Assembly (NCBI GenBank): GCA_002269645.1
Contig: NIVC01000164.1
Span: forward strand, 188,323-252,322
DNA from: Macrostomum lignano
Taxonomy: Eukaryota
Direction of reading: 5' to 3'
DNA length: 64,000 nucleotides
Notes under the pieces: model-generated
The model's input: the letters and a program-made list of their open reading frames with translations, nothing else
Told to the model about the DNA's origin: nothing
The model's database searches: none
Program-made: the position numbers and the translations under genes
Part shown: positions 12,247-24,931 of the stretch, one piece after another
Numbering within the stretch: the first letter of the stretch is position 1
Layout: every line of letters begins with the position of its first letter

Positions 12247-12863
12247 CTATTCGTTCGAATTAGATTCAGTTTCAATTAAAGCGCTTCCGCGATCAATTAG
12301 TTGTAGGCTGCGGTTCAGTCTGGCGCGAACTTTGTCAAGATCAATATCGGCTGCGGAGGAGGCAGCATTGAAAATCTCGTTCGAATCGTCATGGTGATTG
12401 ACATCGACTGTAGAATTCGCTGTTGCAGAAACTGACGCGGGAGCGGCGGCAACAGCAGCAAATGTGGCATTAGTTTTACGCGAACTATTCGATCCAGATG
12501 ATTGCTGTTCAATTGTAGCATTACTACTACTAACAGTAGCACTGGAATTAGCAGAGAATTGTTCCGGATAAGATATCAATTCAACGCGTTTAGCGTGATT
12601 CAGTCGGACAAAGGTGATATCGTGTAGGCCTGCCCGGCCACTAGAAGCTGGATATTTCACTATCACAATGTTATAGAGCGGGTCGTGAACAGCACTTCCG
12701 CTCGGGGTATTCGACGATCGCAAGATGTTACTAGATCGATTATGGAGCCAATTGGATAGTAGACAAACTCATTGTTAGGCGTGGTACTGTCGCTGGCCGA
12801 GTAGCGCTGCTGCTGATTGTGAGGATGATGCAGACTTTGCTCTTGTACAAGATCGGCTGGCAT
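12247..12863 (-). pseudogene. LSM12: LSM12-like protein (Sm domain), frameshifted near 12688
   Basis: YYPIGSIIDLVTSCDRRIPRAEVL|HDPLYNIVIVKYPASSGRAGLHDITFVRLNHAKRVELIS aligns by eye to the LSM12 N-terminal Sm fold (YFSVGSQV...[38 protein letters not shown]). The two ORFs are joined by a 1-bp deletion. The C-terminal AD domain is not recognised. Confidence 0.65.
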
Positions 12864-13126
12864 AACGATTAATTGACTGGATGCTTATTATGGGTTTGCA
12901 ATATCTGATTTCCTCCGATCCGAAGGGTTTTTTTGTTATTAATTGAATGACCATGAACAAAATAAGTAAAAAAATTTACGTTACAACTAAAGACCAAGAA
13001 GTTATTCTTAGTTTAGTATTTCTTAAGTCTTAAAATAAAATGGATTAAAGCACATTTAATAGATCAGAGGCGACTCTTAAATGTTCACTATACATTTTAG
13101 GCCTTAAAACCTAAAAAAGGTTAAAT

Positions 13127-13700
13127 TGGAGACGATTCTCAAGGTGGATTAGAGACGATTCTCATGGTAGCTTAGAGACGATTCTCAAGGTGGATTAGAG
13201 ACGATTCTCATGGTAGCTTAGAGACGATTCTCAAGGTGGATTAGAGACGATTCTCAGGGTAGCTTAGAGACGATTCTCAGGGTAGCTTAGAGACGATTCT
13301 CAGGGTAGCTTGGAGACGATTCTCAGGGTAGCTTGGAGACGATTCTCAAGGTGGATTAGAGACGATTCTCATGGTAGCTTAGAGACGATTCTCAAGGTGG
13401 ATTAGAGACGATTCTCAGGGTAGCTTAGAGACGATTCTCAGGGTAGCTTGGAGACGATTCTCAGGGTAGCTTGGAGACGATTCTCAAGGTGGATTAGAGA
13501 CGATTCTCAAGGCGGATTAGAGACGATTCTCAGGGTAGCTTAGAGACGATTCTCAGGGTAGCTTGGAGACGATTCTCAGGGTAGCTTGGAGACGATTCTC
13601 AGGGTAGCTTAGAGACGATTCTCAAGGTGGATTAGAGACGATTCTCAGGGTGGATTAGAGACGATTCTCAAGGTGGATTAGAGACGATTCTCAGGATAGA
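13127..13700 (+). repeat. 23-bp minisatellite AGAGACGATTCTC-(AAGGTGGATT/AGGGTAGCTT/ATGGTAGCTT)
   Basis: About 24 units built from a few alternating variants; each carries a GAGA-CGAT-TCTC mini-stem. Confidence 0.95.
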
Positions 13701-13959
13701 TTAGAGATAGACTCTCAAAGAAGCGATGAGTTAAGCAGTTTTACACTGTTCATAAAAATAAATTATTCAAACATAGAAAATCAGAATCTACAACTCGGGT
13801 CATTGTCATTTGAAGCAGTTTATTAACATAATCAGATACTCTGAAGCAGAAAATGCTCACTAACAGAAACTACACGCAATAAAATATGCAACATTGTTAC
13901 GAAGCAACATTTGAGCCAATTTAGGGATACCGTTTTAAAACATGGTATAGGATTATGAT

Positions 13960-14345
13960 ATAGGATGAAGGATCGTGATATGGGATAGGATATTATTATA
14001 TGGGATCGTGGATCATGATATGAGATAGGGGATCATTATATGGGATCGGGGATCATTATATGGGATCGTGGTCGTGGATCATGATATGAGATAGGGGATC
14101 ATTATATGGGATCGGGGATCATTATATGGGATCGTGGATCATGATATGGGATAGGGGATCATGATCTGGGAAAGGGGATCATGATAAGGGATAGATGATC
14201 ATGATATTGGGGATAAGGATCATTATGGGATCGGGGATCATAATATGGGATAAGGGATCGTGATAGATAAGTGGTCGTGAATCATGATATTGGGGATATG
14301 GATCATTATATGGGATCGTGGATCATAATATGGGATAGGCCAGGT
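13960..14345 (+). repeat. degenerate ~19-bp GGGATCATTATATGGGAT repeat
   Basis: Repeated GGGATC/GATCAT cores. Confidence 0.85.
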
Positions 14346-14452
14346 ATCACGATCTGGGATCTGAAATTTAAGATCACGACCCGTGATTATGGTAAGCCCA
14401 CAGTATTAAAACATTCGATTACGCAGTCAAGTCGCACTAAAACAGAACAAAG

Positions 14453-17294
14453 CTACCAAGAAATATTTTTCTTCATCAAAGAAGACACAGGATAGATTTC
14501 GTAGGCAAATTTCTCATTTAATGTAGCATCATAGAATGCGGCCACGTAGTCCAGTTCAAGCGAGAACGGCCCCGGTATTCCATCGCATAAAGTGATGCTC
14601 AGGTGGGAATAGGCGCTTAGGTCATCGAGAATTGGTCGATCTTGAACCCGGCCTTTGTAGGTGCGAATCAGTTTAGACACGGGTATCTTGGCAACTGTCC
14701 AGTAGGGTCCGCCTCTAGTGTACAGAGGGAACGAGTAGATGTCAAATAGGGTGTAGTCTAACTTGCCTAGCGGACTACGATGGAGATTGAGTCGGTACCT
14801 GGAGTGGGTGAGGTAAGGGTTAACGATTAGTAACCATGTTTTTTCTGAAACTCAGATCAGCCAATCCATAGCATTTAATATGGAAATCAAATGGAGTGTC
14901 GCCTGCATAATTTCACCATTATTTCAATCATTGCAGCAAACCCAGCCTGCGCTTCAGAAATCCCATTCAAGACGTGCAAAACAACCTTCTCTCTGTAGCG
15001 TAGCATCTGGCGGCAAAACTGTAGCAGGCGCCCTCTCTGTAGCTGGCGCTCCCCTGTTCCGCCTCTTGTATCTGGCGCCCTCTCTGTAGCTGGTGCTCTC
15101 TCTGTAGCTAGCGCCCTCTCTGTAGCTGGCGCCCTCTCTGTAGCTGGTGCCCCCTGTTCCGCCTCTTGTATCTGGCGCCCTCTCTGTAGCTGGTGCTCTT
15201 TCTGTAGCTAGCGCCCTCTCTGTAGCTGGTGCTCTTTCTGTAGCTAGCGCCCTCTCTGTAGCTGGCGCCCTCTCTGTAGCTGGTGCTCTCTCTGTAGCTG
15301 GCGCCCTCTCTGTAGCTGGTGCCCTCTCTGTAGCTGGCGCCCTCTCTGTAGCTGGCGCCCTCTTTGTAGCTGGCGCCCCCTGTTCCGCCTCTTGTATCTG
15401 GCGTCCTGTCTGTAGCTGGCGCCCTCTCTGTAGCTGGTGCTCTCTCTGTAGCTGGCGCCGTCTCTGTAGCTGGCGCCCCCTGTTCCGCCTCTTGTATCTG
15501 GCGTCCTCTCTGTAGCTGGTGCTCTCTCTGTAGCTGGCGTCCCCTTTTAGCTCCCGCCTCTTTGTTGTTGGCGCCCTTTCTGTAGCTGGCACCCCCTGTT
15601 TAGCTCCCGCCTCTTGTATCTGGCGCCCTCTCTGTAGCTGGGACACTGTAGCTGGGGCCCTCTGTAGCTGGCTGGCGCCCACTCTGTAGCTGGTGCTCTC
15701 TCTGTAGCTGGCGCCCCCTTTTAGCTCCCGCCTCTTGTATCTGGCGCCCTCTCTGTAGCTGGTGCCCTCTCTGTAGCTGGGACACTCTGTAGCTGGGGCC
15801 CTCTCTCTCTGTAGCTGGCTAGCGCCTACTCTGTAGCTGGCGCCCCTCTGTAGCTGGCGCTCCCTATGTAGCTGGCGCCTCCTAAGTAGCTGGCACCCTC
15901 TCTGTAGCTGGCGCCCCCTGTTGAGCTCCCGCCTCTTGTATCTGGCGCCCTCTCTGTAGCTGGCGCTCCCTATGCAGCTGGCGCCCCTCTGTAGCTGGCA
16001 CCCCCTCTGTAGCTGGTGCCCTCTCTGTAGCTGGCGCCCCCTGTTCCGCCTCTTGTATCTGGCGCCTTCTCTGTAGCTGGCGCCTGTTTTGTAGTTGGCG
16101 CCCCCTCTTAGCTTCCGCTTCTGCAGTTGGTGCCCTCTCTGTAGCTTGTGTACTCTCTGTAACTGGCGCCCCTATTTTGCTCTCGCCTGTGTATCTGGTG
16201 CCCCTCTGTAGCTGGCGCTCTCTCTTTGTAGCTGACGCCCTATATGACGCTTTTTAAGCATTCGCTGGTAACAAGCTTATCAGAATAATTATTAAATGTA
16301 AGACAGACAGTAGGCCTGTAAGCTGCACATGGGTAGTTTATACGAAACAAACCGCAGTACAAACAGACGGATCAATGTCTGTCTACTATTGTGAACAATA
16401 TTAATGTACCTCTTTTTAGTAGGAGCAGCAGTTCAATGCAGTTTATAAAAATTTGCCACTCTGTTGCAAAGAGGACTTAGAAGCAGAAATTTTGCCATGC
16501 AATGCAATGCACCCTGTTTTTTCTAAGCTAGATACCGGTTCCTTGAAGATCAGCGATTTATCGATTCAAAACAAGAAGAACAATGCAAGTACTCGCCTCC
16601 GCCCATCGCCTCGATACCGGATCACAATGCAATTCAAAGGCTGCAGATTGATACCCCTAGCTCGACCTTTAATCATGAGAGCGTAGGGCGAGCGCAAGTT
16701 GACGTAACCGGCTCTGACTAGCTGGCCAGTCTGCGGCACACGGGTGTCAATGACGCCGCGAAACAGTCCGGTACACCTGACAATTGGTTGATCCTGATCG
16801 ATGCCACAGTCTCCAGCTTTATTTTTGACATCAGTCAGCCAACTAGACGGGATAAATTCCCCAGTAGAATAGCCTTCGCCATAGTGAGAGTCGGCCGTGA
16901 CAATCCATTTGTGGTGGCCGCCGTCGCGCGACAAATAGCCAATATAATAATAATCGCCATGGCGAACGTCTACAGACTTGAATGAGACTCGATCGTACAA
17001 GTGATAATTGCGAAGTTCAGCATAGGACTCTGGCAGCTCTAGCCAAGCTCGCTTATAGATTCTCAACCAATCGCGCATTGACAGACTCTCTTTAAAGGGC
17101 GCGGCATAGCCGCCGCGTTCGTTGACTTCGCCAAATAGAATTGGCGTGTGCTGATCAGCGCGCACCTTTTTACGACTAAATAAATTGCGACGGCAATAAT
17201 TTAATGGTAGCTTACTTAATCGTGGTATACTACTACTACTACTACTACAAGTGCTAGTAAGTAGTAGGCGAGGAAATGAAACTAGATGCGACAT
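14453..17294 (-). CDS. NDUFAF1: NDUFAF1/CIA30 complex I assembly factor (exons 17294..16597 and 14798..14453; 347 aa)
   Basis: GLFRGVIDTRVP, RYRGDGRR|YRLNL, FPLYTRGGPYW, GPFSLELDYV, EKFAYE. Exon lengths 698+346=1044 nt keep frame via a GC-AG intron. The N-terminus is S/R/L-rich like a mitochondrial presequence. Confidence 0.95.
14990..16240 (-). repeat. 18-bp-family minisatellite (TCTCTGTAGCTGGCGCCC) in the NDUFAF1 intron
   Basis: Reverse complement of the unit at 1-560, interspersed with a longer TTCCGCCTCTTGTATCTGG variant. Confidence 0.93.
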
Positions 17295-18224
17295 ATTAAG
17301 CTGACATTGACAATCTGAAATTATTCCAATATAAATTTAAGTTGATGTACCAGGTATACTTAGTAACAAATATATATATAGGTCTTAATAGCCTAAACTC
17401 AAAAAATGACCAACGTTGACACTTGACCCACCATACATTTTTTACTGTAAAAATGTGAGCCTAACAGTAGGCCTGTTAATTGCAGCAACAGATAAGCAAA
17501 TCAAACAGACAGATCAGTGATAGGCATTTTCTATTCCTCATTTTAGTAGGAGTAGATAGATTATTGGTAAGAATATACTACTATGTTGCAATGAGGACTA
17601 GGAGGTCAACTAGTATCAAATATATAATATTGAATAGCCTTACATTTATTGGTATAATATTCTTGTATATACATAAAATAAACTTAAATAATTGAATAAA
17701 CATTACATAATGTAATATTAATATGCCTATAACTATATTTATACTCAAATACTAATATATCTTTTGTTATGCTGTATGGAATAGTGGGCCTATATAACTC
17801 TTAGTTGGCATACTATACTTTGCTTACTTATTTTGCTTACTTGCTTAGAAAATTGCTAAGGCCTATGGGCATTATTATCACTTCACTTCTATAACCAGTA
17901 GAGACAACCAAGATGTGGCCATGTGATATTATGTAATGGATTTCTCCTTGCTCCACCTGCTGGGACTTGATGCTTAAATCATAAAACCATATAATCTAAG
18001 TGCTAGAATGTTTTCACCCCCTAAATGTGCTAAGCTATTTAATGTATTTGTGTCTATAAGTGCAACATGCTAATTCTCTGACCAACCAACCACCTCAGTG
18101 GCAGATTAGATCTACGAGGGGTGCGGGTATAGAGATGGTCACTTTATCCCTCAAGACTAAAGTGGCTAGCCACTTATATACTTATGAAGTGAGTAAGATA
18201 TATACTCAACCTTGATGGGGGATC

Positions 18225-19940
18225 ATTGCAAACCCGACTGGGATCATTGCAAACCTAACTGGGAAAATTGGAAACATGACTAGGGATCATATTGCAAACT
18301 TGACTAGGATCATTTCAAACCTGATTGGGGGATAATTGCAAACCTGACTAGGATCATTGAAAACATGACTGGAGATCATTTCAAACCTTATTAGGGATTA
18401 TTGCAAACTTGACTAGGGGATAATTGGAAACCTGACCAGGGGGGGGGGATAATTGCAAACCTGACTGGGATCATTTTAAACCTGACTAAGGGATCATTGC
18501 AAACCTGACTAGGATCATTAGAAACATGACTGGCATCATTTTAAACCTTGCTGGGGGATCATTGCAAATCCGACTGGGATCATCGCAAACCTGACTAGGA
18601 TCATTGGAAATATGGCTACAGATCATTGCAAACTTGACTAGGATCATTTCAAACCTGGCTAAGGGATCATTGCAAACCTGACTGGGAGATCATTGCAAAC
18701 CTGGCTGGGGGATCATTACAAACCTGACTGGGGGATCATTACAAACCTAACTAGGGGATCATTGCAAACCTGACTAGGATCATTGCAAACTTGACTGAGG
18801 GATCATTGCAAACCTGACTAAGATCATTGCAAACTTGACTAGGGACCATAGTCAGGAAGGTGGCCTCTGAGGAAGAAAATTCCCACGCACACAAAGGGTC
18901 TCGGTGCACATTGGCACACAAGCGCGGCGCACACAAAGGGTCTCAGCGCACATTGGCACACAAGCGCGGCGCACACAAAGGGTCTCAGCGCACATTGGCG
19001 CACCCACACTCTGGATCATGTAGTATATGCCCGAAAATTCGGGCGTGCATTGGCCTTGCACGCCAAAATTAGGTGTGCACAGTTAGCGTGCATCACTCCT
19101 GAGAAAAAAGTATGCATGCACACCTGGCACGCACTTTATAGAATCACGCGTAAGAGTTATTGTAAAGTAGAAAAAAGATGAAAAAAGTCCATTTTTAGGC
19201 GCAAATTTCAAGCTTTCCGGTTTTTTCCAGCTTGTAAAAGAGTATTTAAACAAATCTTTGCGTGTATAAACTTTGCACTGTAAATAGTATCGCCGAAAAA
19301 GCTTTAAAAGCAACAAAATTATCTAATAATAAGGGTCTCCTACGCAATTTAAAAAAGGTCTTTTATTGTCACAACGTAAAAAAGGTCATTTATTGTCGCA
19401 ACACCAGCGGATTTTTGAGAATGGGCATGCACTAATTTTTTTTCGGCGTGCAGTTGTAATTATTCAATTTTTTAATAACGGCGCACAGACGGCGCACAGA
19501 TGGCACACAGATGGCGCACAGACGGCGCACAGATTGTCCTTCTAAAATTTATTCCGGCGCACACTCTGCCACCTTCCTGACTATGGACTAGGGAATCATT
19601 GCAAACCTAACTGGGGGATCATTGCAAACTTGTCTGGGATCATTTTAAACTTGACTGAGAGATCATTGCAAACCTGACTGGGATCATCATTGGAAACATG
19701 ACTAGGCCTAAGGATCATTTCAAACCTAATTAGGAGATGATTGCAAATATGACTAGGCCTAGGATCATTGCAAACCTGATTAGGATTATTGAAAACCTGA
19801 CTGGGGATCATTTCAAACTTGATTGGGATATCATTGCAAACCTGACTGGGATCATTAATTGCAAACCTGACTAGAACCATTCCAAACCTGACTGGGATCA
19901 CTGCAAGCCTGACTGGGGATTATTGCAAACTTGATTGGGA
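18225..19940 (+). repeat. degenerate ~20-bp minisatellite (GGGATCATTGCAAACCTGACT), interrupted by a MITE
   Basis: Array at 18225-18845 resumes at 19587-19940. Confidence 0.9.
18846..19586. mobile_element. non-autonomous DNA transposon (hAT- or P-like), 741 bp
   Basis: Perfect 19-bp TIRs CCATAGTCAGGAAGGTGGC / GCCACCTTCCTGACTATGG; 8-bp TSD ACTAGGGA (18838-18845, 19587-19594); subterminal repeats; no transposase. Confidence 0.92.
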
Positions 19941-21914
19941 GATTATTGGTAGATTCTTAGAAACAGATTCTGCAATGTGGATTAGCAATTTTATAAATGG
20001 TTCTAAAGTTTTTTAAGTGTAGGCCTAGGCCTACTCTACTCATACTTTAAGACACCATGCTTATTGTTACCAGTGACACCAGGCCTACTAGTAACTAGGT
20101 GGCTAGGCCTAATTGCTTGCTACCAGGATTTAAATAAAAAAATTTTGCCCCTTTCTTATTGGCCGCCCCGAAGGGGGGCACTAGATTGCTAGTTTGACAA
20201 CTAGGCCCTATCTTTGTAGGTTGTAACTCTGCCATTGTCTGGTCCCGACTCCCAAGCCTAAAATGTGAAAGGAGGCTGAGGGCGACTATGTGTAGATACA
20301 TAACATGTGATGTGGCCGCAGCCTACTGCTGTAGGCATAGGGCCACAGTCACATCTTTTAATTTTTACAAAGGTGAAGTGTTTGTCATAGAAGGAAGCAA
20401 CTTATCGTAGGCCTATCTTGATATTGATTGATTGTGATTCATTGATATCAATCGTATTAAATCTTAGGCCTAACTACACTAATAGTTACACTCACTTATA
20501 AGATTGGTTAGGGCCTTCATTACCAGCAAAACCGGACGATGATCGAGTTAATAGATTGCTTCTCTGACATGGTGAGCTGGTCTGGTCACTAGGCCTACTT
20601 AAGACTGAGAGAGATCAGAGATCAGATCGTAAGTTTCGACGAGATGGTTTTAAGAGAGAGTTCAAATCAGTCACTTGTTTGAGCGCTTTTAAATCATAAT
20701 TTTTCTAATATATTATCAAAACATAGAAAACTAGCCAAAAAAATTTTGGAGCTTCATGTTTTTATTAAAAAAAGAGTTGAACACTTTTTTCATGCTTTCT
20801 TTAAGTAGATAGGCCTATCGATCAAAAGGATTTTAAAATGCATATTTTCTTCGAAAGACCCAAGAGCACAGAAATTACTGAAAGTGAAAAATACAAGTAA
20901 AGGCGTCAGGCGCGTCTGGCGTCTCTCAAGGCAACTAATACAAAGTTTATTTATGTTATTTTTAAACGCTTCATGGCTACTTATTAGGGCCTATTGATCA
21001 GTTTAATAGCGATATTTAGTAAGTGGTATTTTGCGATTCTGCAGTAACCAACTGAATATACTGTATAATATTATTAGCCTGCCTGCACTACAGTACAGTC
21101 TTACCTAGCGCCTAGTAGTGAGATGACTGTCTAAACATGACATTAGATATGTAAATTCTTGCCTTGGGGTAACAGTAACCTCTGCTAAAATTCTAATGTT
21201 ATAAGTCCTATTCATAAACCAATGTGGGTATATATTATATTAAATCACATCAAGGTTAGGGTAGGCTCATCTACTCACACTCATACTCATAGTAGGCTTT
21301 CTTTATAATACAATATTCCTAAGTTACTTTATCTTCCTTTTTATATAAAGAAAATTTAAGTTTCAGTAGAAATATTAAAATTTAGGCCAGTTCAATAAAC
21401 AAAATTGATTTTTTAGGAAAAATAAGAAAAGCAAAGGTTTAACTTCCTATTTTAGTTATATAGATTCAGAAGTTATTGATACCATTTTCTTTCCTTATTT
21501 TAACTCCATAGGCCTATTAATTGCCAAAAACAATTATGTAAAAAGAAAGATAAAGTAACTTAACTTACTAATATGAAACTGAAAGTTTGCATAAATAAGA
21601 AATTATATTTATAGAATAAAGTCAAGGAAAGATAAGATTTTGTCTAGGAATATAAAAATACAACTGCAAATTCTTATCAATAATATGTTTTTGACAATTT
21701 TTTTGGTTTTAAATCTATAGAGTTTATTTTTATATATAATATGATATTGTTAGATTGCTAGATTTTTTGCTTACTTTTTGGTAATAGCATTTTGGTGTCT
21801 TTATTTGCTTATTGGTGCTAGATGGAGATCTAAAAAACTTTTAACAAGGGGCACAGATTACTAGAATATACAATATACATTTTACTATTTTATATGTAAA
21901 TGATAATATATATA

Positions 21915-22150
21915 TCTCTACATATAAAAATCAAAACTGTCTATCTGTGTGTGTACAATTTTTATCGCTGACTCCCAAACCACTCAACCAAATTACACCA
22001 AATTTTGCACCTATCCTAAACTCACTATGGAGAATGTCTTAGGCTACCTTTACATTTCCTAAATTTGAGTCTTCCTACCTAAAAGTGCAAAAAAACTGCT
22101 CAAAATGCACAATTTTTTCACTAAATCCTCCATAGTGCCACTCCACTTCT
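21915..22150 (+). mobile_element. possible decayed Helitron-like 5' end
   Basis: A|TC start followed by TACATATAAAAAT...TGTCTATCTGTGTG...AACCACTCAACC...CACCAAATTTTGCAC resembles short invertebrate Helitron 5' regions. No clear 3' hairpin-CTAG. Confidence 0.3.
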
Positions 22151-22869
22151 ACCAATCCTGTTCAAATTCAACACAACCAATCTTCAACTATTTTGACACA
22201 ATCGAGGCTCAAAGTCAATCCCAAATGGTGCTGTGCCCTTTTTCAAGTTAGTCTGCTTTTTGTCAGCAAGACAGCCACCCCAACCTCCACCTGCCTGCCA
22301 TTGACTTGAAACTTGACACAATTCTTCTTTAACTTATTAACTCTCTAAATATAAAGTCTCAAACTCAAAATAAAAAATCCTCCTGTAACTCAGGAGGAAC
22401 TCTGTAACTCTGTAACTCAATCAGAACAGAAACTGTAAGCATGTGAAGTTTGTCTGCTTTTTCTATTGTTTTGTGCCACTCACTCACTTTGTTTATGGCC
22501 TTCTCTGCTCCCCCATGGAGAGGCTACGTTTATCCATCCATAACTTTAGTGAGAAATTCTAACCACTGTCCTCTGTATAGGCAAACTCTGCAGCAGTTTA
22601 ACAGTGGATGGCAAATCAGGTAATCCAGCATGGTTTGTAAAAGCGAAAGATTTATGAGAAGGCGATGCAATGCAATTCAACCCTACTAAATTAGTCACAC
22701 CATGAACTTTTTAAGTTTCTCTTAAAGGTACTTTTAAATTTAAATGGCCTCCTAAGAAATGCGTATTTCCTTGGTTGTTAGACTGATGCAGACTGTAGTG
22801 GAGCTGAGGATACACAAATTCCTTTCAGGACTGCAAATTGGCAAGAAAGATGACATGATCAAAGCATGA

Positions 22870-23456
22870 GAACAACGATGAGAGTAACTCAAGTAAAATT
22901 GAGTTAAGAGGAGAGAGAAGAAAGTAGAGATGAGAGAGCAGAAAGCTGCAGATGAGAGGAGACAGGAGACAGGCGAGAGGAAAGAGATGAGAGAGTAAAG
23001 GAAAGAGAGAAGAGATAAGATTGTAGAGATAAGAGAGGTGTAAGGAGAGATAAGAAATGAGAGATAAGAGATAAAGGAGGAGAGAGGAGAGTGGAGAGAG
23101 AAGAGAGGAGACAAGAGAGGGAGGTAGTATAGAAGAAGGAAGAGAAGAGAAGAGAAGAAAGGAGAAAGGAATGCGAGGAGTCAAAAAAGGGGAAAGAAAA
23201 GTGTACAGAGGAGAGAGGTGAGAGAACAAATAAGATGACACTAAAGATGACAAATAAAAGAGGGGAATGAGAGAGCAGAGACGAAAGTGAACAGACGAGA
23301 GATGGGAGAGGAGAGATAAGAGAGAAGAGATTACAGAGACGAGAGGAGATAGGAGAGACACAGGGAGAGAGAAGTGAGTGAGGAGAGAGGAGAGGAAAGG
23401 GGAGAATGGAGAGGTGAAGGGGAGAGTAGAGGGGAGAAGAAAGATGGGAGAGGAGA

Positions 23457-23525
<69 letters not shown>

Positions 23526-23910
23526 AGAGAGAAATGAGAAGAGACAAGAGAGAAAAGATAAAGAAGAGAAAGGAGATGAGATAGCAAAGAGAGAGACGAG
23601 AGAAGAGGGGAGAGAGGAGAGAAGAGACGAGATAAGAGGAGAGAGAGTAAAGAGTGGAAAGGAGAGAGTTGAGAGAAGAGGGAAGTGTTGAGAGAGGGGA
23701 GAGTGAGGAATAAGAAGAGGGGAGAGAGAAGAGAGAGTAGAGAGCAGAGAGAAATGAGAAGAGATAAAAGAGGAGAAAGGAGAGACGAGAGAGAAGAGAG
23801 GATAGAGAAAAGAATAGAGGGGAGAAGGAAGATACGAGAGGAGAGAGAAAAGAGAGGAAAGACGAGGGACGAGAGAGAAGAGAGGAAACAGAAGAGAAGA
23901 TATAAGTTTC
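22870..23910 (+). repeat. GA-rich low-complexity tract with pure (GA)n at ~23459-23523
   Basis: Almost entirely purines on +; the long L/S-rich ORFs are artefacts. Confidence 0.95.
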
Positions 23911-24099
23911 AAAGGATCCAAGGGACGTAGGGAAAGTCAAAGGCAGAGGCCAGAGTTTTCCAATACATGTTTTAGAGTCAGACAGACATTCTGCGCGGCA
24001 CCCAGCCAACAATATCAAATGCTTGCCTCAAATCCTAATTTTACACGATTGTACTCCATTTTATGTTTACCTCTATCCTACTAACTATTAAAAAGTTTT

Positions 24100-24380
24100 T
24101 GTTTAAGTTAAAAACCAATTCCTTCTTCAGTTTTATAAATCATCTTATTCGAGTAAAATTGTCACAGACAAAGATGTTTGCAATGAATCTCTTTCCTTTT
24201 TTCTAAAATTAACAGAAAGACAACAAGATATAGTTTTCACAAAGATAACAGACATTCCCCCTAAATTGAAAACATCCCCAAGACAGCAAGCACCCTCAGA
24301 TAGCAAGCATCCCCTAGATAGCAAGCATCTTCCAGATAGCAAGCATCCCCCAAATAGCAAAAATCTACCAGACAGCAAGT
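24100..24380 (+). repeat. dispersed repeat, homologous to 38965-39125
   Basis: Shared ACCAATTCCTTCTTCAGTTTTA...AAGATGTTTGC...GAATCTCTTT...CATTCCCCCTAAAT; both copies are followed by TAGCA-containing tandem repeats. Confidence 0.8.
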
Positions 24381-24477
24381 ACCTAGTGCAATAATCATTT
24401 CCTCATCTAGTGCAAAATTCCTTTACTCATCAAGTGAAAAATCGATGTCTCAGTAGTGCATTAGTCCATTTCTAGGC

Positions 24478-24790
24478 TAGTAGCATAATCCTTGGTTTAT
24501 CAAGTGCAGTAATCCTTGGTTTATCAAGTGCAGTAATCCTTGGTTTATCAAGTGCAGTAATCCTTGGTTTATCAAGTGCAGTAATCCTTGGCTTATCAAG
24601 TGCAGTAATCCTTAGCTTATCAAGTGCAGTAATTCTTGGTTTATCAAGTGCAATAATCCTTGGTTTATCAAGTGCAGTAATCCTTGGTTTATCAAGTGCA
24701 GTAATCCTTGGTTTATCAAGTGCAGTAATCCTTGGTTTATCAAGGACAGTAATCCTTGGTTTATCAAGTGCAATAATCCTTGGTTTATAG
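24478..24790 (+). repeat. 24-bp minisatellite (GCAGTAATCCTTGGTTTATCAAGT)n
   Basis: About 13 units. Confidence 0.95.
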
Positions 24791-24931
24791 GTCAAGTTAA
24801 GTTTATGGCTTATATATTGTCTAACATATTTTGTTTTTACTTTATCTTTTATAAATATAGCAAATATGTTGTATAAGCATATTTTATTATTTTGAATTGC
24901 AGCCCAAATTAAATCTAGACTTTCTAGTATT

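Noticed and set aside
13127-13700. CRISPR-like array
   Set aside because: The variable parts are a few recurring 10-nt variants, not unique spacers; there are no cas genes and the context is eukaryotic.
22752-24018. Long L/S-rich and E/R-rich ORFs
   Set aside because: Translations of the GA-rich low-complexity tract.
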